Shown in pieces: positions 1-14,600 of a DNA stretch of 64,000 bases; within the stretch, counting starts at the first letter, position 1, and each line of letters starts with the position of its first letter. The notes under the pieces are model-generated. The model had not been told where the DNA came from. It ran no database searches and saw only the letters and a list, made by a program, of their open reading frames with translations. This DNA is from the human T2T-CHM13v2.0 reference genome, Homo sapiens, in the NCBI RefSeq assembly GCF_009914755.1, contig NC_060927.1; one strand, given 5' to 3'. The translations under genes and the position numbers were made by a program.

Positions 1-331
1 CACTCCTATCATGAAATAAGGCTGTATTTAATTAGGACACCCAAATGCTCAGGAAAACCTCTCCATCAGAACTGCACAACTTGTCTGATCACCACTGTCC
101 TAGGAGCTCTCTGCAGGTATGCCAGTGCTGACAGGCTGACTGGCCTCAGGAATATGGTATCTCCTATCCTCCCTAGAGCTTGCCTGCTTCATTCCATCCC
201 ATGTAGTCTAAAGTATATTTTAAGAAAACTTGAAATGAGTGCAGAGGTTAAACATTTCAAAGTAGCTTGGGATTACAAGTAATTTTAACCCAAGGTCATT
301 TGGAAAATGTCATTCCTGAAACCCTACCTTA

Positions 332-750
<419 letters not shown>

Positions 751-1216
751 TCATGTTTTGTAAGGGAAGAAGAAGTGTAAGAAATTAGGTAACAAGAGCA
801 GCCAGTTTTAAAGATGCATGCTGATAAATGCTTTGCAGCACAAGCCTTCTACCCTGTTCCCAGCCATAAGCATCATAAGTTATTCTGTCACCAGAAGTGT
901 AGCCATGTTCTAACTTACGTGCCTGACTTACATTACAAAAGTATAACTAGCTTCTCAATTTCCCACATAATCTTTTTATCTGCAGCCACTTGAGTATCCC
1001 AAATTCCTGTTTCTGCCATCTCTGACAAGAATAAAAATAATGGAAAACTAACCATTTTCTACCAGTATCATTAGTCAGAGTAAAATCCTTTTTCTAGACA
1101 TATTTCCAATATTTTCCTTAAGACAGGATTATTTGCTCAGCGTCTCCTCTCGTGATTCACAGGTACATTGTTCCGATTCCACGTTGGGCCTGAGTAAATA
1201 TTAATTGAAACTGTAA

Positions 1217-2020
1217 AGGCAGTATATAACATGGTGGTTAAGAACTCAGGTTCTAGGGTCAGATTTCTCAGGTTAGAATCTTAACGCTGATCTTTACCAG
1301 CTATCTGTCCTAGGGCAAGTTGCTTGATCTCTCTGGACCTTATTTGTGCCACATATGTAAAATGGGGTTGCGGATATTAATATCTATTTCATAGGGCTAT
1401 TATGAGCAGTGGTCCTTAAAAATGTACTCTGTAAAGAATTTAGAAAAAATGCATACTTCCTCACACATTTTTAAGTTGGATCTAAAACTTTTTATCATGG
1501 CTTTCAAAGTTTATTTTTGTTAAATAGGAGGTAGAAAAGAGTAAATATTCTATAACAGTATTAAATAAGAATTGATTGTGATTGGAAATAGTTGACATGC
1601 TGGCTAAAGATGTCCTGATGAAAGCATGTGTCCCTGAAACCAGTAGATTTCCCGTCATAGCATATTTTGGATTCCAGGAGTCTGTTTACCCCAAAGACAA
1701 TGGTATACAAGATAATGAACTGTAATAAGATTTGTTTTGAGTGAGAAGTTTGGCTTTTTTTTAACATGGAAAAGCCAATATGAATGTAGTTGGATTCTCA
1801 GGCAGCTGAAAAATAAAGTACAAATGGAAGTTAAGGTCTAAAGACAAATTTCCTTAAAATACCCTTGCATGTGTATATCTTGTATTTGCATGCCCAGTAC
1901 ACATACCCCAGTTGGAAGGCCACTAGTTATGAGGGTTAAATGAGTCAATGCATGTTAAGCTCCTAGAATAACGCCTGGTATCTAGTATGCACTGAGCAAA
2001 CATACATTATTGCTATTATT
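1217..2020 (+). mobile_element. MIR SINE split by a DNA transposon (1217-1406 + 1934-2020)
   Basis: Rejoining gives ...CATAGGGCTATTATGAG|GGTTAAATGAGTCAATGCATGTTAAG..., matching the MIR core and 3' consensus. Confidence 0.8.
1407..1925. mobile_element. hAT-Charlie-type non-autonomous DNA transposon
   Basis: Termini CAGTGGTCCTT...AAGGCCACTA; 8-bp TSD ATTATGAG (1399-1406) / GTTATGAG (1926-1933), typical of hAT elements. Confidence 0.75.
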
Positions 2021-2726
2021 ATTTTAGGTTCTCCCTTTAGAGAAAAAAATATTCATACTTACTCTGAGGTCCTACCTTGTCCTCATGTCTTATCTCCCTG
2101 CATTCAGCATCCTTTAGAATTAAGTGACTAAGGATCAGAAGTATCTATTACCTCTGTATTGGGATCATGGTTCCATTCTTCTCACAAGACAAACTCATTC
2201 CAGGAGTTAACAGCGGGGACTTTCTGGTCAAATTCTATTCAGTTTAGCTATCTATAAATATGACATTCTCCTGGATACACATAACTCTCACTACCTATGG
2301 ATCCAGCCTGATGCTAAAGGTTCCATAAATTGAGAATTTGTGGGGTTTCATAAATACGTTGAAGGAGTAGAGGTTACTAGATAACTGCAGAAATAGAATA
2401 CAGAATGGAAAAAATTGAAGTGTAAAATTTTAAAAGAAAAGGTTAGCTCATTTTAAACATACTCTATGCACTGGTCATCAGACACTTAGAAATCTCAAAA
2501 TCAAAACAGGGACCTCTGGCCTAACATATTACCAGATATACTGAGTTGAGCAGCTTATGTCATTAGATATTAGTTCTGTGTTTTTATAGCTGATGTCTTC
2601 TGTAACTTTTTAGTTACCAAAACAATGTATGTTCATTTTAGAAAAAGTCAGATAATCCAGAAGGAGAAAATGAAAGTCACTGATATACTACCACCTAGGG
2701 ATAAAGATTTTGATACATATTTTTTC

Positions 2727-2797
2727 TTACAAAAAATATATACTTACATTATTTTTCTTACAAAAAATATATACTTTTTTACAAAAAATATATACTT
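2727..2797 (+). repeat. Three copies of TTACAAAAAATATATACTT
   Basis: Copies begin at 2727, 2758 and 2779. Confidence 0.9.
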
Positions 2798-3924
2798 TTA
2801 ATTTTTTAAGTAAACTTTTTACTTTGAGATAATTGTGATTCACATGCATTTGTACGGAATAATGCAGAGTGATTCCACATACACTTCAACCAGTTTCCTC
2901 CAATGGTAACATCTTACAGAACTGTAGTGGAATGTCACAACCAGTATATTTACATTGATACAGCTTAGAAAACATTTCTGTCACCACAAGGATCCCTCAT
3001 GTTCACCTTTTATAGCCACAACCATTTTCCTCCCATCCCCTACTCTCTCCTGAAACCCTGGCAATCACTACTTCTCAATTTATATAATTTTGTCACTTCA
3101 AAAACAGTATATAAATAGAATCATACAACATGTAACCTTTTAGGATTGACATTTTTTTCACTTATCACATAGCACAATTTTCTGAAGAGTTATCTAGGAC
3201 ATCTGAGTTTTTTCCATTTTTTGGCTATTACAAATAAAACCACCATAAAGATTTGTGTACAGGTTGTTGTGTGAACACAAGTTTTCATTTCCCTGGGATG
3301 AATGCCCAGGAGTGCAGTTGCTGGGTTCATATGGTAGTTTTATAGAGTTACTGTACCAACTTACATTCCTACCAGCAATGTATGAGTGATGTAATTTCCC
3401 TGCATCCTTGCCAACATTTGGTGTCATCACTATTTTTTTAATTTTAGTAATTCTGATAGATGTGTAGTGATATTTCATTTTGATTTTCATTTGCATTTCC
3501 CTAGCAGTTAATGATGTGGGACATCTTTTCGTCACTTGTCATCTATATATCCATTTGAATGAAATGCTGGCTCATGTCTTTTGCCCATTTTCTAATTGAA
3601 TTGATTGGATTGTTCTTTATTGTTAAGTTTTAAGAGTTCCTTATATTTTTTAAATGGTTGTCCTTTCTCACATATGTAGTTTGGTATATTTTCTCCCAAT
3701 ATCAAGATATTATTTTCATTCCCTTAACAGGATCTTTCATGTGGCAAAAGTCTTTTGTTTTGATACAGTGTAACTTATCAATTTTTTTATGGATTATACT
3801 TTTGGTGTTAAGTATAAAAACTCTTTGTCTAGACAGAGATCCCAAAGATTTTCTCTTATTTTCTAAGAGAATTTTATGTTTTACATTTAGCTTCATGATC
3901 CATTTTGAATTCATTTTTGTTTAA

Positions 3925-4315
<391 letters not shown>

Positions 4316-4798
4316 AAAAGCTGTCTTTTGTTGGCTGAGTTGCTTTTGCACTGTTGTGAAAAACCAGGCAGGCATATTTGCATGGTCTGTTCACAGATTC
4401 TCTGTTCTTTTTCATTGATCTATGTGACTATCCCTTTACCAGTACATACAGTCTTGATTACTATAGTTAAAAAAGTCTTGAAATAGGTACACTGATTCCT
4501 CCCACTTTCTCTTCTTTTTCAACACTGTTTTAGTTATTCTATTTACCTTTCCCTTTCCATATAAATTTTAGATCATCTTGCCTATATCTACAAAAATCTT
4601 GCGGAGATTTTAGTTAGAATTCCATTAACACTATATATCAATTAGGGATAAATCGACGTGTTTGCTATGTTAAACACAGTTGGCCCTTCATACCCTTGGG
4701 TTCTGTATCCGTGAATTCAACCAACTACATATCAAGAATATTTTTTAAAAACTATTTAAAAAACAATTAAAAATAATACATATTTAAAAACAATATAC

Positions 4799-6260
4799 TA
4801 CAGTGAACTTAATTTTGACAGTCATACCGAGAACATGCATTGGAGAAAAGACAGTCTCTCCAATAAATGGTGCTAGGAAAACTGGACATTTATGTGCAGA
4901 AGAATGAAACTTGACCCCTATCTCTTGCCTAATACAAAAATTAAACCAAAATGAATTAAAGACTTAAATATATAAGACTTCAGACTTTGAAACTGAAACA
5001 GGAAAACATTGGAGAAACTTTTCAAGACATTGGTCTGGGTAAAAATTTATTGAACAATACCCCACCAGCACAGGCAACCAAAGCAAAAATGGACAAATGG
5101 GATCACATCAACTTAAAAAGCTTCTGCCCAGCAAAGGAAACAATCAACAAAGTGAAGAGAAACCCACAGAACGGGAGAAAATATTTGCAAACTACCCATC
5201 TGACAAGAGATTAATAACTGCAGTATATAAGGAGCTCAAACAACTACATAAGAAAAAAATGAATAATCCAATTTAAAAAATAGGCATAAGATTTGAATAG
5301 ACATTTCTCAAACGAAGACATACAGATGACAAACAGGCATATGAAAAGGTGCTCAAAATCATTGATCATCAGAAAACTGCACATCAAAACTGTAATGAGA
5401 TATTATCTTACCCCAGTTAAAATGACTTTTATCCAAAACACAGGCTGGAAAGGATGTGGAGAAAAGGGAACTCTCATACACTGTTGGTGGGAATGAAAAT
5501 TGGTACAACCACTGTGGACAACAGTTTGGAGGTTCCTCAGAAAACTAAAACTAGAGCTACCATATGATCCAGCAATCCCACTACTAGGTACATACCCCAA
5601 AGAAATGAAATCAGTATAGCAAAGAGAGATCTACACTCCCATGTTCATTGCAGCACTGTTCACAATAGCCAAGATTTGGAAGCAACCTAAGTGTCCATCA
5701 ACAGATGAATGGATAAAGAAAATGTGGTACTTAAACACAATGGATACTATTCAGCCATAAAAGATAATGAGATCCTGTCATTTACAACAACATGGATGGA
5801 ACTGGAGGTCATTATGTTAAGTGAAATAAGCCACGCACAAAAAGACAAACATCACATGTTCTGACTTATTTGTAGGATGTAGAAATCAAAATAATTGAAC
5901 ACATGTTGATGGAGAGTAGAGGGATGGTTACCAGAGTCTGGGAAGAGTAGTAGGGGGTGGGGAGGAGATGGGGTTAGTTAAGGAGTACAAAAAAAAAAAA
6001 GAAAGAATGAATAACACCAGGTATTTGATAGCACAACAGAGTGACTACAGTCAAATTAATTTAATTGTACATTTTAAAATAACTGAAAGAGTATAATTGG
6101 ATTGTTTGTAACACAAAGGATAAATGTGTGAGGGAATGGATACCTTATTTCCCATGATGTGATTATTATACATTGCTTTCCTGTATCAAAATATCTCATA
6201 TACCCCATAAATATATACACCTACTATGTACCCACAAAAATTAAAAATAAAAAAATTTTA
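4799..6260 (+). mobile_element. 5'-truncated L1 (L1MA1-3-like), ORF2 C-terminus plus 3'UTR
   Basis: ORF2 remnants (KAKMDKWDHINLKSFC; [10 protein letters not shown]) and L1MA-type 3' end ...ACCTACTATGTACCCACAAAAATTAAAAATAAAAAA. Confidence 0.85.
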
Positions 6261-6313
6261 AATGAAAGCCAATACAGTATAACAACTATTTACATAGCAT
6301 TTATATTGCATTA

Positions 6314-6641
6314 CACCCTGGGCCACAGATCATACCACTCTGTGGCCTGTTAGGAACCAGGCCACAAAGCAGGAGGTGAGCAGCAGGCAAGCCAGCATTA
6401 CTGTCATTACTCCACTTCCTGTGAGATCAGCAGCATTAGATTCTCATAGGAGCACAAACCCTATTGTGAACTACAGAACTGCACATGCGAGAGATCTAGG
6501 TTACATGCTCCTTATGAGAAAGACTAATTCCAGTTGCCCTGAGATGAACAGTTTCATCCCCAAACCACCAACCATCCCATCCGTGGAAAAATTGTCTTCC
6601 ACAAAACCAGTCCCTGGTGCCTAAAAGGTTGGGAACCACTG
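6314..6641 (+). mobile_element. MER1B (hAT-Charlie)
   Basis: TGTTAGGAACCAGGCCAC...GATTCTCATAGGAGC...GTGGAAAAATTGTCTTCCACAAAACCAGTCCCTGGTGCC...CCACTG; 8-bp TSD TTG(C/T)ATTA. Confidence 0.88.
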
Positions 6642-7619
6642 TTGTATTAGATATTGTAAGTAATCTAGACATTTTTTAAAGGCTACAGGAGGATCTGCAT
6701 GGATTATATGCAAATACTGTGCTATTTTATATCACTGACTTGAACATCCTCAGATTTTGGTATCTGAAGGGAGTCCTGGAACCAATCTTCTGTGGATATG
6801 GAGGGACAACCCGGTATTCTAATCCACGAACACAGTATATCTCTCTATTTTTAGATATTTGATGTCTTTCATGAGCATTTTGTAGTTTTCAGTATACAAG
6901 CCTATATATATACATGTTTTGTTGGATTTACATCTAAAAGTGAGATTGCACTCTGTTTTTAAAGCCATGTATTTGTGAACATGTACGTCATGAATATTTT
7001 CTAAACTATTAGGTTATTTTCAGCACCATTAATAGACTCTAATAATTAGTTCTGGATTTGAATATTCTTCGTTATTTGGCAAATATCACAAAGACTACTT
7101 GGTTATTAAATTTTTCCTAGCCCAGGATTAGGCCTCCATTTCAACAAAATACTCAGCTGGATACTTGCTACCTTCTAAGTTGCAATGGCTTTGTTGCACT
7201 TTTTCTGAATAGCTTTGTGTTATATTTTTACTCAGTAGAAACTCTTATCATTTATTTTGTTGGTTTTTTAAAATTTCATCAACGGTAGCATATCTGACAA
7301 GGTAATAGTGATTTTTAATGTTTAGCTAGGCATAGTAATGGTACGTGCCACATTGCTATTTGAAAAATCTAGTAAAACAAGAATAGCAACAAGATCATAG
7401 GTCAGGGACTACTTTGACTCTTGGCTGTGCTGTAATTTGTTATTGCCAACCCACTGGAGTCTGTACTGCTTGCAGCACAGCCAGCTGAAAGCCTCCCTGT
7501 GATTCCCTCACCAGTTAGCAGATTCACATTTTATGACAGGTAAAAAAACAAACTACACGGTACCTGTATTGGTGATGATAAGCTTCAGTAGAAGGAGGTA
7601 ACGAGAAGTAAAGAAACAA

Positions 7620-7850
7620 GCACTGTGTTTTAGAGTGAAAAACCCTATATTTGAATGCCATTTCCACCATTTAAACTGCTCTTTGACCTTAGGCCAGTTA
7701 CTGAACTTCTCTCAGGCTAAACTTTCTCATCTGTAACATGATGACTAGAATGGCTACCTCACAGGATTCTTGAAATTAAATAAGTTAGTGTATTAAAGTA
7801 TTCAGCATGGTACCAGGCAGATAGCAAGCACTCAAGAATTGTTAGCTATA
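7620..7850 (+). mobile_element. MIR
   Basis: TGACCTTAGGCCAGTTACTGAACTTCTCT...CTCATCTGTAA...CTACCTCACAGG...AAGCACTCAAGAATTGTTAGCTA. Confidence 0.7.
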
Positions 7851-8114
7851 ATTGACTGACTCTATAAGTTTTATTTGTATTATTCATAATTGAACTTCGG
7901 CTCTTGCTGCTAATCAATACCAGTACATGCAAGGAAGTTATTTTTGTGCATATATTTCTTCCCTACTGGAGTATAAGTACCTACAGCCCTGAAAACTTTA
8001 CATGCCTCACTGTGTAGCATAGCAGTGCCTTCTGAAGAATGTTGAATGTCATTGCCGTATACAGAGGTGGAAACTCACCATGAAAACAAACCATTAGCAA
8101 GGATCTGTTTTTAA

Positions 8115-8194
8115 AAATGCCTTTCTTAAACTAGGAAAATATTTTAGGGATCTCAAATGGCTTCCTTAAACTAGGAAAACATTTTTAAAGATTC
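8115..8194 (+). repeat. Degenerate 40-bp tandem duplication
   Basis: AAATGCCTTTCTTAAACTAGGAAAATATTTT (8115) and AAATGGCTTCCTTAAACTAGGAAAACATTTT (8155). Confidence 0.85.
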
Positions 8195-10935
8195 CAGCTG
8201 ATAAGAAATATTTTTGATTCATTGCCTGGAACTAGATACTTCTCAATTTGGGATTATAAATAATGCCAGTTAAGATGGTGTTGGATTCAGCCATGCATGG
8301 GATGTGGAGTAGAGTGATTCAGCAGGTTTTTGCTTTCCTGATTGCAGAACTCTTCTTTATATATTAAAAGGGAGTTTTCAAATTTCTACCAATGATCATT
8401 TTTCATTTGTAACCCAGAGAAGTTTTGAACTGTCATTCTGCAGGCTTTTTCAGGAAGCTTAAATGCAGGATTGAATTAATCAGAGAATACAATACTGGAT
8501 TTCTGCATTTTTTAGTTTTGAAATTGACTTAATGTAGGTAATAGACTGAATATTTATCATCTTAGTACGCACACTAGGAGCAATCAAATATAACATTACA
8601 TAGTTCCTTTAAAAAGATACCAAGAGTCTCATTTCAGTACACCCTTTAAAGCACAGAGATGCATAATCCTATCAGAATTATGCATATGTGCATTAAACGA
8701 GTAAGCTATCACTTTCCAAATTTTCTGATAAGATTTTATAAGAAACAAGTATACAAGGGTAAGGAAGGTAGAGGAAGAAGAGAGCTGATCTTGTAGCTAG
8801 GATGGTAGGAAAAGCCCCTGCCAGCCTCTAGGTGATATAAAAGTATTTGTATCGGTCTAATTATGTATCCTTAACTAAGTCATTTAACTTTTCTGAGCCT
8901 CATTTCCCTGTTTACACAGGGGAATTACAATAATGTTTCTGTCTTCCTAAGGTGATAAGCAAACAAGATTATCTCTAGAAAACTATATAAATATACCATG
9001 TTATTCATTCCATAAATATTTATTAAATACCCACCGTGTGCCAGACACTGTCCTAGGGATAAGATTAAAACCTCTCATAAGATATGTTCTGTAGCAGTGG
9101 GAACCTAACAGGCCACCAAGGAGAGCCAGACATTTGAACCACTTAAGTATGGTAAAGTATCATAAGTATGCAGCGGTAGAACATTCCAGGTGTGGTTATG
9201 GAACTGAGTTGCTGAGAGTGGGCAGAGGGTTTTGGAGTTGAAGAATTCTGAAGCCACAGTGTTATAAAGATCATCCATGCTCAAGTTGAGACTAACCACA
9301 ACTGGGAGGGAATTAGGAGAGAAAAAAGTTTGACACAGTTGTCAAAGTCCTTATTAAAGAAAGTGCAATGATGAGGAGAGGCAGAACTGAGGAGTGGGCA
9401 AGTGTGGCATGAGCCGTGAGAGCAGAGGTATTTTGATAAGAGAATGGAAAGGAATGGCCTGGAAGTGGCATGGTGGGCTGGGACAATGCTGCCACTCAGA
9501 TTTTGGTGTGTGGGCTCTGGGGGCACAAGTAGCCTTCTCCTGAGATATTCAAGGGTTGTACATCCTGAGGAAAGGGTTGGACAAGAGATAGAACAGGACT
9601 TAGAATGAGGAGTCTGTGAAAAGGGTAAAATGTAGTAGTCCCAAAAATAGCAATATTTGTCATTTGTTGAACACCTAGAATGTACCATGTACTATACTTG
9701 GCTGTCTTATACATTATAATATTATCAGACCCTGCAAAGTAATTACTATCATCTGGATTTTACAGATTAGGTCATAAGGCACAGTGAGGCCATATGCATT
9801 TAAGATTACACAGCAAGTCCACATTTGAATCATTAAATCCAGTTCAGCCTGGCTGCAAAGCTGTGCTTTTGCATGGTTCTACATGTCTTCAGAGAGATTC
9901 AGAGCACACCATGGGAAGGATTTGGAGGCAAGTCAGAGAGGAAGGGAAGAATCAGAGGGAAGAATGCAAAATTATACAGGAATGAAAATACAGTAAATGA
10001 AAGGACTATTGACCCTTGAGGCTTACATTTTTGTTGGTAGCTGAGAATACCAAGATGATGAGAAATAGCATCACTAAGATATCTGGTGGAGTGTGAGACC
10101 TCGCAAGGTTAGTATCGCCTTGCTGCATATTCTGGTGAAGTGCTGTGGAGAAGGTGTCCTGGTGTCTTTTGAAGAGAATTCTTTCAGGCAGTTCATGAGG
10201 AAGATCAGTTTTTCCTGATTCTTCCATTCCTGGTGGAGTGGTTGACCAAGATTTAGCTTCCTTGTGTGTTAGTGGTCAGTTTTTTAGCCCAGGTATATGG
10301 AGAACAGAGAAGAAAGTGTGTGATGACAGTGGCATCTCACTTGCATGCATGTAGGATAGCAGCCTTCAGATTTTGGAGTACCTTGACCACTTTTGTACCT
10401 GGGGGCCTCTGGAGCTGGGTGGTACATACTGGAATTCTCATTAGACTATGGTGAAAAGTAAACACATGTATTAGCCTCTCCTGAGTGGTAGTAACCAGTT
10501 ACTTTCTGAGACAGCGTTATACTAAGACTGAGAAAGAATCCCAGGCACAGGTAATGTCCTACTTTCCTTTACTGAGGGACAGTTAATACTACAGCTAAAA
10601 TGACAGCTCCCCACTGCCTATGAGGAGAGGGAGTGCATTGACTTCGTTGACTGAGGACACAGACCAGGACCAGAGACTTTTGTGGGAAGAAGCTTTGATA
10701 TTTGGCGGGAGGAGCAGTCCAGCTTTGCAGGCAGGTAGCAGTGGCCTCAGGTAAAGTAGATCGGGTTAGAAGAAGCAAAGAAAAATGCAGAGAGGCAGCA
10801 ACTGAAGAGACTCTCACAACCTTGCTTTCGGTGAAGTACTTCCATTGGAATTCTTGATTGTGGTGGAAATAAATATACCCTTCAAAGTAACACATGCACT
10901 CTCTGATCCAGTCCAACACAGGAGGGGTTGGGATG

Positions 10936-11689
10936 TTTTTTGTTTGTTTTTGTTTTTTTAATTATACTTTAAGTTTTAGGGTACATGTGCACAATGTGCA
11001 GGTTAGTTACATATGTATACATGTGCCATGTTGGTGTGCTGCACCCATTAACTCATCATTTAACATTAGGTGTATCTCCTAATGCTATCCCTCCCCGCTC
11101 CCCTCACCCCACAACAGGCCCCAGTGTGTGATGTTCCCCTTCCTGTGTCCATGTGTTCTCATTGTTCAATTCCCACCTACGAGTGAGAACATGCAGTGTT
11201 TGGTTTTTTGTCCTTGCGATAGTTTGCTGAGAATGATGGTTTCCAGCTTCATCCATGTCCCTACAAAGGACATGAACTCATCATTTTTTATGGCTGCATA
11301 GTATTCCATGGTGTATATGTGCCACATTTTCTTAATCCAGTCGATCATTGTTGGACATTTGGCTTGGTTCCAAGTCTTTGCTATTGTGAATAGTGCCACA
11401 ATAAACATACGTGTGCATGTGTCTTTATAGCAGCAAGATTTATAATCCTTTGGGTATATACCCAGTAATGGGATTGCTGGGTCAAATGGTATTTCTAGTT
11501 CTAGATCCCTGAGGAATCACCACACCGACTTCCACAATGGTTGAACTAGTTTACAGTCCCATCAACAGTGTAAAAGTGTTCCTATTTCTCCACATCCTCT
11601 CCAGCACCTGTTGTTTCCTGACTTTTTAATGATCGCCATTCTAACTGGTATGAGATGGTATCTCATTGTGGTTTTGATTTGCATTTCTC
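10936..11689 (-). mobile_element. 5'-truncated young primate L1 (L1PA3/4-like), about 750 bp
   Basis: Poly-T followed by ATTATACTTTAAGTTTTAGGGTACATGTGCACAATGTGCAGGTTAGTTAC; ORF2 C-terminus MFIVALFTIAKTWNQAKCPTMIDWIKKMW. Confidence 0.92.
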
Positions 11690-14600
11690 GGGTGTTAAGA
11701 GGATAACTAAATATCCTTGGAAATGGGATAATAAGGAAAGAGAAGTGAAAGTAGCCTAAGATGTGCACAGAAGAAATTGGATCCTCATCAGCGTGATTTC
11801 TGCTTCTCCACAGGTGTGAGATCTCTCTTTTCTTCAAATTACTCCAGTATTTTATCTGTACGTCTCTTGTAACACTTTTTATATTCCATATTGTTTTATA
11901 TTTTTTGTGTTTTTCCTACTTCCATTACTAAACTATTAATTCTTTGAAGGCAAGGACAATGCCAAGCTGCATTCTGTGTCCTCCGCCATGCTTTGCATTC
12001 AGTAGTTACTCCGTGTTTGACTAAATTCATGACCCCAGGGACACTGTGCTTCCTCTGGGTTTGTTCATTTACTTGGCTATGAAAGACAATAATTTGCAAA
12101 GCCAACTTTCTCCTTTTTCTGAGATCAGTGACTAAATTATATTAAAAGTATTTTGCAGTGCTATAAGTGTATAGGAGAGAGGTTTTCTGTTTAGGGAATG
12201 TTGCTAAGCCCTGTCATCAAAAATAACCTTTCCATCTACCACTAAGTTCTGCCAGAGCATAGCAGATTGGCAAGAGCAGTTGAAAGGAAAAAGCAATGTA
12301 ATGCCCTCTGCTTATGGCACTACAGGTGCCAGTGGAGGAAAAAAGTGTGAGGTTGAGGCTTGGGAGACTAAGTGCTGTAAAAATGAAGCAGACCGACTGT
12401 GGGTACACAGATCTAGTCTTTGTGAAATACCTTCCCTGACTTTTGTATATTCCTGTTCACCCTGTGATTGTAGGCCAGGAGTCTTTAATAGGAAACTGGT
12501 GATTTGAAGTCTCCCCACATAAGCAGACCAAGCAGCTTTTTGAAAGAAGCCCACTCAGACCATGGAGAAGGCAGCAGCTCACAGTGGCAGCAAGAGCTAT
12601 GAGACAGCAAGAGTCAGCCAGAAACACACATGCAGAACCCGAAGTCTTGAGCACAGCAGGAGGTTGGGCAAAGCTGCTCCATTCTGAAGGTTATTATGGC
12701 CCCACTGGGGGCTGCCACACAAGTACTGGCATGAAAGCAAACTAGTGTTGGGATAACTGTTTTAATATTTGCAAAATCCACTCTAGGTGTGAGCTCCTTT
12801 GTGTAACTGAAGATCTAGAGTCTTTAGGAGTTTATTCCTCAAAACTTGAATCAGGTTTTTTCTAGGCAAGTTGGAAGCACGGATTGGGCAGGTAACAACA
12901 ACCATTCTTCATGTTGAGCAAAAAGGAGGTGTGGGCAGTTAAGAGCCAAAGTTGAGATGGAGGAGAGAATATTGGTTGCCAGCATTGCACTGTATTAGAA
13001 GCCATGGAATGGTCTCTTCCAGCAGCTATTACAAACTGCCCCCTGGGAAATTCAAACAAGAAAACCTTTGGGTTTCACTTCACTGGCCTTGCAATAAACA
13101 TGTTTGTTCAAATAACAAATTGTTGCATTAAGATAAATCTGTCTGTGTTATCCTAAAGAAAAGAGTCTATGCCCTGTGTGTTGGCAGCATTATCAATGAA
13201 CAGCTGATATTTATGTAAATATCAACCTTATTAATAAGAATCATGAGCACGGGTCTGCCAAGGTTCCTGACAGCTTGTTTAATCAGGCGCATTAACTCAG
13301 AGGTTTTCAGTTAGTAGAAGCGTCCTCTTACCTTATTTGCTTAAAGGCCCAGAGGCCATGTCACCAAATTGGGGCTTCTAGCCATCCACTGAGGAGAGGT
13401 GACTTTTCATTTCTCTGAAATGAAGCCAACTGCTCTCTGTGTGTGTTTGGATTGGAGAGCACAGGTTACAATGAGAGTGGCCCTCTCTCACCCCCACCCC
13501 CATTGCCAGTCATGCCAAGTTACAGGGTAGGGACTGCAAAGAAGCTTGCTCAGGCAAAGCATCTAGATGGACTGACTGGTAGGAGGCCCCTTTGTGGGAT
13601 GGCTCACCCTGACCTCTGCCTGAAACTGGAATCAAGACCAAGATGACATAGCTGTGGTCACACAAAGCCCGTTAACTACATCAGTTGTCTTTGTTTATTC
13701 AATAACTCTGAGCTACACTTTTTTTTACACAAGAAATGTGACCCACACTTTGTTTGAGATACTCCAGAAAGATGTAGCAATGTGGTTACCATTTTATAAA
13801 CTTTTAAATAAAACTGTTAGCAGTTCACAACTTTGTTTAAAGAACAATGGCTTGGAACATAGGCCTGTGTTCCCAAGACCCAGAGGACAGTGACCAAGGC
13901 AGAGAAGAACCGAGTACAGATCTGGCTGACCAAGGCCTGCTTTGCATGCCCAGGAATCTAAAAGTTAAGCTTGAGGGCCTTTTCCTGTTTTGCAGGAGTA
14001 GTAGCAGTGAATTTGACCCGATTGCTTTGGTGATTTGCACTGATGTTCTCAGCTTGTTAGCTTTCATCAAGAAAAACTTTCATCAAGAGAAACTCAGAAA
14101 AAACAGGGATGAAAAGAGTCACCCCTGTTATTTTCCCTTACCCCCAAAACTGGCTGAGAATCACCATTTACAGCTTAGCTAGCTCAATATCTAGCTATTG
14201 CCATCCTTGTTTCTTCACTTCCATGTTTTTCTACCTCTATAGTTTCTTCTGTCTGTAACAGCCAAAACCTCACCTATGCATTAACTCTAATCTTTCTGTA
14301 AAAGTATCTGCCTTTATTTAACTTTCTGCTCATGACATGATTTATGTATATAAGAATCTTCATTTACAGATTGTTTCTTTTACTATACTTAGGTGTAGCT
14401 ATTGTTCTCTTAGCCTAGTCTTGGAAAGGGTGTTCACAAGTAAGCATTGTTTAAGTCTCATATACTTTCCTCTAACAGCATACAAACATTTATGCCTGTA
14501 AAGATTTTTCTGGCCTGTTGACAAGGCTGATTTAGTAGATAATGTATTCTCCTACCAGAGCTTAAAGTTGAAATAACATATAATTGAAGCTGACCATTAA

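Larger units (their letters stand above)
4677..6813 (+). mobile_element. MER2/MER2B (TcMar-Tigger MITE) split into 4677-4798, 6268-6313 and 6642-6813
   Basis: 5' CAGTTGGCCCTTCATACCC...; middle CAATACAGTATAACAACTATTTACATAGC; 3' GTCCTGGAACCAATC...GAGGGACAAC. Confidence 0.85.
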
